A DNA stretch of 64,000 nucleotides from the NCBI GenBank assembly GCA_030704615.1, contig CM060733.1, positions 44,950,001 through 45,014,000 on the forward strand. Reading direction: 5' to 3'. Positions 51,534-64,000 of this stretch are shown here, piece by piece. The notes below the pieces were generated by a model. The model made no database searches, had not been told where the DNA came from, and saw only the letters and a program-made list of their open reading frames with translations. Made by a program: the position numbers and the translations under genes. This DNA is from Takakia lepidozioides (lineage: Eukaryota; Plantae; Bryophyta). Each line of letters begins with the position of its first letter. Positions within the stretch are counted from its first letter, which is position 1.

Positions 51534-52060
51534 ATAATTTGTCCGTGACACACGTACAATGTCATACTGCATTGGTAACAGGCATGGATCTAGGAGAGAG
51601 TGTGGTATGATCATCTGTGCATGCTCGACACCGTCAAAAATCCAACTAATATCCAACTAACAAAAGACGCCATGTTTATTGAAGTAGAAAGGGAGGCACG
51701 ACGTCTGTGTGCCGTACATGTTTTTTCTTAAAAAAAAAATTGAATGGATATTCCCCAGGTGCTATTTGGCCTGGTTTTAAGAAGTAACGGATCAATCAAG
51801 TGCATGTACATGGTTCATGTGATCTTTAAGTTTTCGAAATTGTTCCCGGTGCTTTTGGAACACCCTTTCGCACAGCTTGTGTGGGGAAATATCACGAACG
51901 GCACAGACGTCACACCTCCCTTTCCACTTGAATCAACAAGGCGCTTTCTATTAGTTTGATTTTTGACGGTGTTGAGCATGCACAGATGATCAGACCACAC
52001 ACTCTCCTAGATCCATGCCTGTTACCTACGCAGTATCACCCATAACATTGTACAAATTAT
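51534..52060. repeat. Long inverted repeat with arms about 51534-51716 and 51897-52060; MITE-like or hairpin-RNA locus
   Basis: ggtaacaggcatggatctaggagag...tcatctgtgcatgctcgacaccgtcaaaaa pairs with tttttgacggtgttgagcatgcacagatga...ctctcctagatccatgcctgttacc. Confidence 0.85.
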
Positions 52061-52127
52061 TGCATACTTACTGGTTCACAGACTAGGGCTTGATGGCCGC
52101 CTTTCAGCTCTGGCATGCGGATGTACT

Positions 52128-52372
52128 TTGCAGGTGGGTGGAGGGCTAGTCGAGTATCACAACATCCATGCTGTCGCGATAAGGAAGTTATGGCTGACCA
52201 GGCAGATCTGCGCTTTGCAGGTTAAGTATTGGCTTGCTAAACCAGGGTTCATGAAGCAGTTTGAGGGATCTTGGTATATTGAAGCCTTATTCCTTGATGC
52301 GGCAGGCAGCCCTGCGCCCAAGTTCAAAAAGAGTGCATATAAAGTGAAGACCTTCAAATGGGAAAGCAGGTG
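52128..52372 (+). pseudogene. DUF220/START(SRPBCC)-like gene fragment; the paralog is split by the LTR element at 43375-43420 and 48485-48690
   Basis: VKYWLAKPGFMKQFEGSWYIEALF resembles the GFMKxFEGxWxxEP motif recalled from plant DUF220/polyketide-cyclase-like proteins. Confidence 0.5.
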
Positions 52373-52633
52373 TCTTTTTCCATTTTTTGGCAACAACACT
52401 CATAGACAATTGAGATATTGTCTTTGGAAACTATTTTCTTGGTAAGATCAACTAATTGCATTGTGTTGGAGATTATGGTAGATATGCCCATGTATTTCAT
52501 GCTCCATTTCAAGGCCACTCAAACCTATAGACCATCTGATTGATGATAAATCTATGTCAATTTTAAGTTGGAAACAGAATGATCAAAGTGGATCGACACG
52601 ATATTTCCTGTGTTGCAGCCAGACATTCCACTG

Positions 52634-53689
52634 TTAGCATTGGGGAAAGGGTCTGGGAGTTCCAGTCCTCCCTTCAACACAGTGGAGCAGAGGGCCCTTC
52701 GCAGATAGCTTCATAAATCTTCTCAATCTCTTGCCTAGGAGAGAGAGTTTTGGTGCCTGAGAGTAGCTGCGTTCCCAACTCAGCTCGGACAAAATTATAC
52801 AAGGAGTAGGTTCGGCAATCCTTAGTGCGGTTGGCCACAGAAGACAATCCTTTTGTCATATGCCTCTCGAGTTGAGGGAATTTCAGTATCCAAGCGTGCC
52901 TTCAACTCCTCTTCGATTAGTGAAATTCTGTGGAAAACAGAGGTACTCTCTGATATCTCATCCTTGGGGATCTTGAGGGCATAATCTATCAAAACTTGCC
53001 TCAGCTTTTCCATGAGGGGGTATGACTTGCTTGATGCATCATCAATGTACGTGAACACTGGCTGCTGATCCACTACCCCCAGAAGCTCCTTTTCACAAAA
53101 TCGTGATGGCTATAGTACACCATTATTGCCTGTGGAGAGTGTTTTCTTGGCCACCTGGATGACTACTTGCTTGACTTCAGCTTGCATTGTCTCTTCAATG
53201 TGTCTAAGGTCAATGGCTTGACAAAGTCCCACCAAGAAGGTTGAGCTCATAAGCTTCAGTATTTCAATGGATTCCTCTGTCTTCCTGGCAGAAACCAACC
53301 CCAGAGAATTAACATCCTGATTGTGCTGCTCGGCACTTTGCACATGAGTGGTCACTGGGTTGGCCAAGTAATTCAACTCAGAAAGGTAAGAAGCCATGGC
53401 TATCTCCCCTCCCTTCATGCATAGTCCAACTTGGGTTTGGCCCTCCGCTCAGGTTCGAGGGCAGCCCGTTGTTATAGAAATCATTGACTAGCTCTGAAAA
53501 TTGTGCAAACATGAGCTGTCCAATTGCAGCAATAGCCAAGCGCATATGTCCATGGAGACACCAATGGGTGTTCCTGCAAGTTTCCTCCATGAAGGGCTCT
53601 GTCCCCAGCAGCATCGATAAGTGGATTGTCATTCACTAAGTTATTTCCCTCTGGATAGCATGTGTTGCAAACCGAATAGTCTCCACCTG
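52634..53689 (-). pseudogene. PAL: 3' half of phenylalanine ammonia-lyase, with several frameshifts and stops
   Basis: NDNPLID...ALHGGN; [29 protein letters not shown]; [43 protein letters not shown]; CQAIDLRH; YPLMEKLRQVL; CRTYSLYNFVRAELGT. The N-terminal half with the ASG/MIO motif is absent. Confidence 0.95.
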
Positions 53690-56291
53690 ACATAAGACAC
53701 GCACAAAACATGTTACAAGACTGGAGCCAATGCCAACTCAGGGCATAGTGAATGCATAAGTGAATGAACACGTCCATATTTTACTACCGCACTTCGGTCC
53801 TCATTGGGTGCATGCTTGAGTTGGGCCTATGCACAGAGTAAACAGAGAGTTCATCTTCACTGCAGAAAAGCCTCACTTGAGATGGCTACCATCTAAGTAC
53901 CACCTGCCCTGATAGCTCTCATGGCTTCTCCCCTTGCTAGTCTCGCCCATCAAGAGACTATCCAACATATTTCAAAGTGGAAGAGATTTATTGTTTAGAG
54001 GTTTTGATTGCTCATTAAAGATATTTATCTCTCAGCTAGCTGAGCTTGAAATTCTCCCACACATCATTAGTCGCATGATGCATCCCATCACTAGATCTTA
54101 GTTGAAACTTGTGAATATCATTTCTGAGATTTTGAAAGGCTTCTTCAAGTCTGGGTGATTCTTTCAGGTCCTGAATGTGTTTGCAAGAGGCTGGAAATAG
54201 ATCAAGATCTGGCTGAAAGTCTGAAACATTCTCCTCTTTGCTTTCTCTTGCAGATGATAAACTGTCAAGATGCACACATACATGCAAATAAGAGAGGGGT
54301 TTATGTTGGGATGTGATCTTCAACCAGCCAGGGGGGGTTTGCTTGTAAAGCACAACAGAAGCTTTCCACAAACAGGTCTATTCAAGGGGGATGTACTACA
54401 TTAACTCAATAACAATCCTACAAAAACCACCCAGACAACTGCTCATCCAATGCTCAGCAAAACAAAAAAGCCTTCCACCCACCCCTCCTTCACCACAACA
54501 CAGCACAATCCAATCAGCAGAGTAAGCAACCTGTCAAACACCCCAGAAAACCATGATGCACCTTGCAATCGTTCATGTTTGTGATCCAAACACTCGCCAA
54601 AGTCAAACATTTGCACATTGCATGTTGTTGGAGGAGCAGCCGGTCAGTTTAAAACACCAAATCCATCAATGATGGGTGAACTACGATAAGCTGATGGCGC
54701 ACGTGCATCACACGATTATAGTACGTGAACGGAAGCACGTAGCTTCCGCATTAGCCTGCACTACAAGGCAACCCCCTCGGTAACACGGGTACCATGCAAG
54801 TCTTTGACCAAAGTCTAGACAAACAAACACAACCATTCACAGAAACCTCAACCCAACTAAGAGTGCCATGACAACCACTCAAAGCAAAGCCAAAATGCCT
54901 TCTATTGAGCAGACCAAGAAAGCTTGTCGAACACCCCAGACAAAGATGAGGCCTACAATGCATCTCAAGCTAAGTGGCACTGTCCAGGCAACCGGTGGTG
55001 CCAAGATTCCAGAAACCCGGCTACCACACCCTGCCTCTGGTAGACTGTTGACAATCAGCCCCCCACAGTCCACCAGCCCTGACTTTCTCAATCCATACAT
55101 AGGTTGGGTAGTGTGCTGTGGTGCACCCTACTATTGGCTCGACTGGAGGGTCATTGATAACCCAATATGACACAGGAAGCAAGAGAAGTAGAGAGAATGT
55201 ACTCATAATCCATTGTTTGCCATAGCCTTGTGGCAATTGACCCCGCGCCCAGTTTGAGGGGAACACAAAGAAACAGATTACCTTTGTCAAGGGCTGACAC
55301 AGGTCGTATGAAACATCCAAACCTGGAATCATGCAATTGATCCGAATTTTCCAGATATCCTCTAGAAATCCCTTCACACAAACATCAATCTGCTGTGTAG
55401 AGAATTTGAGAGAGACAAAGACGGAGTGGTAACAGACAGCCGCAATCCCAGGAATTGGGTAGGTGAGCATCCGTTTCAAAAGACAATGAAAGCAGAACTC
55501 CAGGTTAGACGTGCTTGATGCCTACACAGAGTGCTTCTGGAGCTATGTGTAAACCATTGACTTTCATTCCATCAGAATTGAAGGCCTGTGTAGGCCGATA
55601 GTAGAAACTACCCATGGGTAAAGGAAGCTGTAAGACAACGTAAGGAATTCTTTTCTCTACCTAGTTCTCAAAATTCACTACCTTCATATGTGAAAAACCT
55701 TTCTCCTCCATACTTCAGATAGAAACCAAATACCCATCGCAGTGAACCATTGAACAACATTTTGATGTCAGTTGTGATATTCACTTTGGAACAGCAATTG
55801 ATCAACAAATAGGGGACAGATACTAGCAGGATTGCAGGTCCAAATCCCCTTCAATCGGGCCTGCTCCATCTACACATCTCTCATTCCATTTCTTCAGCAG
55901 CATCAACTTCAATGTTGCCGCCGCCCATGCGATTATGTTTCTTGGCATATCTCTGATTCCTCAAGAACTTAGGGTCCATCTGCACCACCACACCAACAAC
56001 TTCAGGAGATTTGAACACAGCATTTGCCAACATATGAAGGACCGAATTCATGCAAACTTATACGAGACCCAAACTAGACTTTTGTTCACTACAGGGAGTT
56101 CATGATTCATTCATAGAAACCCGATTATTACATTCCTCTGACATTAATCCGCACAATGAACTCCACTTTACAGGAGCCATAGGTTAGGGTTGTTGCCCTG
56201 CGAAGGAGATGGGACAGCTGGTTACAAGTTCCGCCCGAGGGCAAGAGAGATTGAAACAACCAGCGATGGAAAAATGATGTAAAAGAAAATA

Positions 56292-56684
56292 AAGTTATCC
56301 GTGAAGTGCCAAAAACTGGGGACGAGTACCCTGAGTTTGGCCAAAAGTGGGGAGGAGATAACAAACTGGAGACCAAACTGATACAAAGGAAAAAAAAACA
56401 AGGGATGAAGCTAGTTTTCTCACCAAAACTGGTGGTTCAAACTAGTTTCATACCCAGTTTGGGTTTTGCCGAGCTGCACGCCCCGCGACGCCGAGCGACC
56501 TGCGAGCTGCAAGCTGCAAGATCCTGTCAAGGAGTAGGACCATGCCCAATTTCACAAACTCGGGCACAGTTTAGCAAACTCGTGCCCAATTTTGCTGACT
56601 TTACGTTTGCACTCAAACTGGGGATGAAACACGAGTTAGAGGTCCAAACTAGGACCAAACTGGGCATGACTTTAAGGATAGCTT
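56292..56684. mobile_element. About 393-bp MITE flanked by TA (Tc1/mariner-Stowaway-like)
   Basis: TA|AAGTTATCCGTGAAGT...ACTTTAAGGATAGCTT|TA. It is absent from the paralogous sites at about 41998 and about 50456 and has many internal CAAACTGG motifs. Confidence 0.8.
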
Positions 56685-59600
56685 TATATCCAAACTGGTT
56701 TCGCAGTGTAAAAGCGCCCTCGGGCGGGTCGTCAAATCGTGGTCGTGGAAACTCCTCGAGGGCAGGTGCTATACACTATGCATAATGCATAGACTCGTTG
56801 CAGAAGCTTGCTGATCTGATGTATGGTTGTTCATATTTCAATAGCGTCACACACTTGTGCATAAAGCGACTAGACCATCGTGTGATTTAGAAAGCTAGTG
56901 TGTTTCTCATACGCCTAATCGGTGTGATGTGAGTAGTATGACAGCAGGGGAGGCAAGAACATGAACATCTCCACAAGCGCAGCATAGTTCATGGAGAGCA
57001 ACCGAGATGACTTTTACGCCTCCAACTCCCCTTCTTCAACAATTACTGCTTCGTACAACAAGTTACAATCTTCATGTCAAAGCTGAGGTTCTACAAACAA
57101 TAGCTTACCCCTTTTCTGGAGGTGTACTTCTGCTTCTTAGGCTTCTTGATCCCGTTCCTGTGCGCCTTGTACGACTGGTTGTGCGCTGTGTGATTCTTTG
57201 ACTTCGCCATCACAACAAGCTCACCAACCCAAACTGTTCAGAGCATGAATCCGACCTTCGACCTGACCTTGATGTTGGAGACCTCACAGCGAGCCGACTA
57301 GTGAAGAGAGATCGGGACTCTGAACCCTAGGGTTTAATGGTGCCATGATACATCATCCCATGTGGTCGTCTCATTCTGGAACATCCCAGGCATCAAAACC
57401 CTAAACCCATTGTCTCTAAGCAAAATGCTGAGCCAACCTTTCACCTTTAACCCCTTTACCTTTAACCACAGTTGCAGACGGACTTTTTTCTTTTTTATTT
57501 CTTTTTGTTTTGTTTCCAGGGAAACACCACTGGCCCCAGCTACTGGACCCCAGGGGAGAAAAGTTTTTGAATAGTTCATATCTGAAAATTTTGCAACTGA
57601 AATGAAAAAATTTAAGTTACAAAGATTGTGCTTTTTATTCTTTTTGCAAATTGGGATGAGAGCAGTTGATCTTCATGTTTTGCACAGATAATACATGGCA
57701 GATCGGGCATCCTTAGCCCTTGATTTCACTCTATTTGGCCAAGGTGGATGGATGATATGGTTGATCAGAGTTCCGGGGGGCTCCGGATTGCTTCTTGACC
57801 CCTAGCTTTGGAGGGTCACTTAATCTTAGCTCTCACCTCCCTACTGTCACAGATTGTTGTCATAGAGAGAAGATGTCTACAGATTTTGTGTGGTGAATCT
57901 AAAGCTTGACCTCCTTATGCAAGTGGGATTTGAACCCATGGAACCTATATGAACAGAAGAGGCGCTCCTTTTGGCAGCTTTGAACACAATGGGAGGGCAT
58001 TTTGATTTGCACCAGCCTCCCTCCTAATGTGCACACACCAAGCTAAAGGGAACAAATGCCTACATGCTCTTACATGAAATTGTTGTCATGGAGACCTCCA
58101 ACAACAAAGCAATGCAAAATAAGATGGCAATGGGATGGCAGGCCGAAGCCCACACACCAAACGGTAGTTAGAAATGAGAGCCATGCTTCATATGCACTAC
58201 AATGAATGCAAAAGGTATATGTCCGCTGCACATCAAAGCAACATAAGAGCCATAGAGTACTATGACAATGTACAATTGACCCTTTGCCCTTGCTATTAGT
58301 ACAATTCTTCAGCCATAGGACCACCATAACACCACACAGTCAAGACAAAATACACAACTTACAAATAAGCATAGAACTACTAAATATAAGGTTATGTAGA
58401 TACTTGGAGCCCCTTCTCTTGCTGCCCTGCCATATATGGGCTGCCCCTACACACACACACCACACACTTTGAGGTTAGCACATGGAATATCAGAGGGGCA
58501 ACCTCTTATGGAATGCATTCTCACAAAGAACGTCCCGGCCAAATAGACATGTATGTCCCCATTATAAGTGGGACAAAAATACCTTTGCCTCAACCCACAT
58601 TCCACACATAGACGACGTCGAGACGATTTGACAGAAAAATGAATGGCTTGTGGATTAGGCACGAAACAACCGTGCCTAGTTGTGCACTTGGGGCCAAGCC
58701 ACCGGCTAGTTTATGTAGAAGCTACTATAATATTGAACCTCAAATGAGAAAAGGATGTTTGATGCCTACCTTTCATGAAAGTGCCATGCGACAATCAAGC
58801 CTTCATAAGGGTCGTATCCAAAGCCAGAAAAAAAAAACCTATGCCACCATTGATGATCCCTAGTAAGTTGCCAGTATGCTCGCCAATCGCCAGTCCGCTG
58901 GCCAGTCCTCTCGAAGGTTTGGAGTCAATGTGCTCGAGGAGTCAGTCTCTTGGAGGGTATGAAGAACCAGGACTTAGAAAAAAATTCAGAATCCGGACCC
59001 GGTTGAATAGGCGGTGGGTTTATCCACTCACCCCATGCGCCGTACTGGCGGGGGCCATAGGTGCATTGAAGACACTAATATTAAACAATGAGAGACCAAT
59101 ATAACTACCTATAGTTATCATTTCCAAATTGCATAGTTCTTTTCGTCAACGGATGACAAATAATCACTAACATCGAGAAATTGTTTTTCATCCTCACTCA
59201 ACATAATTAGATTTATACCAACGAAAATCATAAATTGTATTTAATTACAAGATAAATGATGGATCGATACTTCACTGTAATAAAAGTTTTCTTCTACAAT
59301 ATGATACAGATACTTGAAGTTCCCAATCCAAATGAGTCTCACATACACCTAGTATATATTCCTTTACGCCGAGGATATCCTTAAACGCCGAGAATTTCGT
59401 TCTATTTTCCATTGGTTATATCAATTTTAGCCAGTCGTTGAATGATAGGCATCTGAAGTTGTATGCAAAATTTACTGGTTTAGTAATTTACGCTTCATTT
59501 AGGAGATGTCATGCCTTCCTTTTTTTACCTGCTAAGGGTGGCAGCGGGTGGTGGTAGGATTCCCCTAATTCTCCACACTTGTCATACTAGTCTGACGAAG

Positions 59601-62600
59601 AGCCGTGTGTGTTGTGTCCATTGCTAGTGTTTATGCTTGTTTTATATATTGCATTGCTTTGGCTTGGCAACGCCGCCTTCATTACTCAGTTCTTTTATTG
59701 CCAAATTTGGAGATGCCACAGAGAGAGAAGATGGTGAAGGGTACTAAAGGTTTGCAAATATGTCTCACTCCTTCTTGCCCCACCTGCTCATTTACATAGC
59801 AGAAAATCTGATCTTATTGAGGCGTTGGGCTAGAGAGAGGAGCAAAACAACGCTATGTTTGGTTGCATCCTATTTAGGCGCATTGAATATAAGTATCTCC
59901 AATGTTTGCGGCAATCTGCACAAAGGTTTATGTTCCAAAAGTGCCATTGGCTGCAAAATTTGCCGAATTATTGTGGAGGTGCTACGTCTCTCGGAAGGTC
60001 GCCAGTCCGCCTCGCCAATCGCCAATCCATGGCCAGTCCGCGAGCAGACTCCAACTGGCGAGCGCACTGACTCCAACCTACCAACCGGAATAGCGGACCC
60101 TCCTCAGACAAAATATATATGTATTATTAACACACATTACGGCCACAGTATCACTTGCAGGATATGAGACACCAAACAACATGCTTACGATAAGTGCTCT
60201 TTACCACCACAGTTCTACAACACTTCCAAAAAATCAATGTCTATGATGTGTTTGTGGCCCAGCAGACTTCCACTTGCCCCCGCAGTCTGAGCAAAACTGA
60301 GCCCCGGGCCCGACGGGTGAGGGGGCGCCCCCATCTTTTGCCACCCCCTCTCCCACATGTGCCCCCGCCGCAGCCACACGTGCCCGCATTGAAGACACTA
60401 ATTTCAAACAATGAGAAGCCGTTATATTGTCACACAGACGGAGTTCATAAGGTCACGTGCCCACCAAACCCCCAAAATAACATGTCGTTGCTGGATATGG
60501 AAAAACAGTCTTGTCGTAGTGAGATTTTTTTTGCTCGATAGGTGAAGCAGAATCGAGGATTGGAAATGATACAAATCACCGATAGCATCCCCATTCTATT
60601 TTGGAGAAATTAATGGCTCCGGTATACCTCGCCGTTGGGGGAGAGAAGCCATGGAAACGATGGAAATCCACAATTTTGCTCACTCTGAGGACCCAATCAC
60701 TTAAATATTACCAACAAAAGATATGAAAGAAAATCATGGTTGGAAAAATTATAGTAGCAAAAAGCCATTAGGATCTCTATTGTCTACATCAGAAAAAAAG
60801 TGTATGGAATTTTTTTGGCTAGTCTCAGATGAAGTAAACTATAAGTGAAAAGAGATGGATGTATGTATTTAAAATAATATAGTTTGTAATCCATAAAATC
60901 TGTTACCTTACAATAAGTATAATAAAACCAATTTTATTAACAAAATAAAGACAACCTAGAAAAATAAATAAATATTAGATTTAAGATATACTTTTGTTAC
61001 TCAAGAATGGAATAACTTACTCATTTTTTCATTCTTTATCAAAAATTATTAGTAATTCCATGATAGTAGACATCAATGACTACAGTTAAACGTGGTATGG
61101 GCTTACTAAAAAACGATTGTAAAGTTTTGTCATACATACTCAGGATTTCAAGTAGATCATCCAAAACTATTTTGGATCCAATCAGGAAGGAATAAGGGCT
61201 TTAGCTTCCTCTTATCCCGGGATGAAAACAAACGAAAAAGAAAGATCTTTGCTCTTATGCACGGATTATCAGCAGTCCGAGAAAAATGAATATCCTATAA
61301 TACAATTATTCAAAAGTTTATATTAAAAAACAATACTGCTTTTGAATCGCAAAATGCTTGCACAAATAGCTATATGAGATGCAATTGCATTGCCAATTGT
61401 TTTTTTTGTTTGTAATTTTTTGATTGTGTTATGATTTAATCTCGGATGACTTCTAATCCCATGCCAATCTAGTCTTCGGAACCGGTGGTTTTCGTAGCCA
61501 TCTTCTAATCGTTAAAAGAATAATGTTGCACAGATCTTTACTGGAAATGACAAGTGTCTCGTTGGGGTATGCACTTACCATGTGATCGACAATTAGGGTG
61601 CACATGGAGCAATGGACTAGTTATGATGGTCCAATGGGGTTTTTCACAAGACATGCGGCAACGTTTGATTGGTCGTTTTTTGATCGGGGACTTCAAAACG
61701 GAGGAAGTTGTACATTAGAATATTGGTGTATACAAATATATTGTTGCTTTGTCCAAGCTTGAATGCTTGGCTTGACGTTGGACATTTCATGTTACCAATT
61801 CTAGTGATGTTCCGCATAGAGGGGGAGTTCAATCCCATTGTCCAACCATACAAACATAAATGATATTTCTTCATTTAAATGCATTATTGTGATAGTCTCT
61901 TCAGATGCTAAAAGAATAGTTACCATAGAATCTTCTTCTTATCAACTGCTACTTGATGTCTTATTGAGCAATTCATGTGGAGCTTCGATCCAGTAAAATA
62001 TAAAGTTTCATTGGTTGCTAGGTTGCAAGAACAAAACCATTAACAGCTAATACATTGTAAATGATGCACATCATTTATCTCGCTCAAAAAAACCACCTTG
62101 TAAGCAACTCGAGACCAACTGTACAGTGTGATGATAACATACCACATGGAAGGTATATCTTGAAGTATTGTAATCACACTCAACCATCCCTCATCATGGA
62201 GCCACCCCATACAATAATTGGTACTCTCTCTCTCTCTCTTTTCTCCTCTTTCTTGTGTCTCTTTCTGGCTCACCCACACACACACATACCAAAAAGGCAA
62301 AAGGTTAGGGTTGCCAAATTTAAGAGTTAAAACTATTTTCATTATAAACCTTTTGATCATGGTGAGGAATTTGTCACACATAAGAAGTCATCATCAAAAT
62401 TTTGACTGTAATTGGGATGATATGAATGCATGGATTGTATTTAAGGATGTATTTTGCAGTTCAGGTTTTGAGGCCAATGCATACTCTTTGTGCATAATTT
62501 ACATTAAAGATTTTATATGCCCACAAAAGAAAAGGTAAAGCGATGACCTAATAGTCTATAAAGACTTTATGACCTGATAGTCAAGGTAAACGATGGAACG

Positions 62601-64000
62601 TTCAAGCTTGAGATCTTTTTTGCCAATGCATGAGGTGTTTAGGGCATTGTGATTTCAATCCAAGTCGCTGAGGCCAACGCATTAAACTTGGTGAGGGTTG
62701 TTAATTTATGACCAAGATCTTATTTGACATCAATTGTTAAGAGGAGTATACATCCGATCAAGGGCAAAGAATGAACTTGGTCAAGAGGTGTCATTTCCAA
62801 ACCCTTGCAAGCGATTGATCATGTAATGTCAATGATGCAATTTGAAATCAAAATCATATAGTACAATGCATGCAAAATACAACAACATGATGTTTGTTGC
62901 AGTGTGTTATGCAAAATCGCAGTAAGATTGTGAAATGAAACGGAAATGACGGCCCCAAATTTGGTGAGCGTTGTTTGTATATTTCAAGGGCCTACTCGAA
63001 AAGCACAATACTAGATGCTAGCCTCAGTGGGGATGGTGATGTATATCAGGTGCAGAGGGTTGCATCGGCATCCAATCACCATGATAGCAAGTAAGGGGGA
63101 GGAGCGTAGGAAGAGCAAGTCAAGAAGGTACCTTCCGGTCCATTCTTTCATCCACAAAGTTCCGAGCCTCAAGAGGAGAGGAGTACACGCTCAAGGAATC
63201 TCTCTTTAACATTGAGGATGCTTCAGGAGGTGGAGGAACAAAAAGCTTGTTGAAGAATTACGCACAAAGAACTCTAGCTGACGCCACGCTTAAGCATCAT
63301 GATATTATCATTACCGTTCCCAGTCCTTACTCCTACTTTCATAAAATGTGTTTTTTTTTTTTGTGCGCGCAGTTAGCCCGGCGTTATTATGTCAAGCGTG
63401 ATATGACACATATTATTCATTGGACCCTCAATATTAACCCGCTTAAATTTTCTAGAGTTTCACTTTTGATCATATCTCACACTTATGAATTCTTTTAGTT
63501 GTCTGCATGTTGCACAGTCTAGAGAAGGGCACCAATTTAAGCGCGTATCTCTAGAAGACTCATTATGTTATATTTGTAATCAGAGAACAACTTTATATTT
63601 GAATGTTTATTGATATGAGGACAACAATATAATTAGGGATAATGCGTTTAGAGTAGAGGTCTATTGAACCTGTTAAATGATTATGTAGTGAAGTTTCAAG
63701 ATGTGCAGTTTGGTGGGGGGTTGCATTTGGTAGTTATGCTCACTCACTTTCACCTCTGTTGTCTCAATGAGCAGCTGGTATACGAGTCAATAGTCTCCAT
63801 AGATTGTGTCCAGCCTCTGTTTTTTGCAAGTTGAATAACAATTTCTGGACTGTGGTGGCTATTTGTTAGTGTCCTACTTTTCTGTCTTGTTCTTATTGCC
63901 CCATTTGAGTGATTTCCATGGAGTTACAAATTAGTCAACTATATGGAAAATATGTTGAAACAAAAAACTTATCGGCTACCTCTATGACTTCGATCATTTT

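Larger units (their letters stand above)
36400..57040. repeat. Tandem mosaic segmental duplication. Module M is at about 36710-37660, 40195-41800, 48900-50030 and 53690-55760. Block N is at about 41800-42360, 50030-50650 and 55760-57040.
   Basis: Long same-orientation shared sequence, e.g. gataaactgtcaagatgca... x4, caaacaccccagaaaa x4 and gcgccctcgggcgggtc x3. Confidence 0.93.

Noticed and set aside
57915-57945. tRNA gene (gtgggatttgaacccatg; also ggttcgaatccc at about 19687)
   Set aside because: Only a B-box/T-arm match with no cloverleaf. At most a SINE relic.
57050-64000. Short ORFs and duplicated motifs (58870/60000; 59062/60386) in the last 7 kb
   Set aside because: There are no recognisable proteins or definable termini. 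It looks like ordinary intergenic DNA with degenerate repeats.

Overview
This is land-plant nuclear DNA, probably from a non-seed plant. That guess rests on the PLS-type PPR relics, a chromovirus and a family of SWIM/ParB transposon genes, and the species cannot be identified from sequence alone. Most ORFs in the six-frame track are spurious. The window opens with the last two exons of an apparently intact orphan gene (121-2043). From about 3.7 to 35.7 kb lies a nested set of decayed transposons: a spliced ParB/Srx-like (DGNHR) pseudogene, a MULE-like DDE+SWIM transposase cut by a CACTA end, several Gypsy relics, MITE/foldback elements, a LINE fragment and PPR fragments. Two same-family LTRs (5751-6351 + and 30961-31552 -) face in opposite directions but share the target-site 5-mer CATGT, which suggests an inversion of about 28 kb that split one chromovirus and the ParB-like gene. 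From about 36.4 to 57.0 kb lies a tandem mosaic of 3-4 copies built from unrelated host gene pieces: PAL 3' fragments, an intronless GDP-mannose pyrophosphorylase with one frameshift, complex I subunit P1 (one intact copy, one frameshifted) and a DUF220/START-like fragment. The mosaic also carries conserved hairpins and is interrupted by a Gypsy element that holds a nested solo LTR and has a micro-inversion between its two LTRs. From 57 to 64 kb there is mostly intergenic or degenerate repeat DNA. No rRNA, intact tRNA or CRISPR array was found. All alignments were done by eye.
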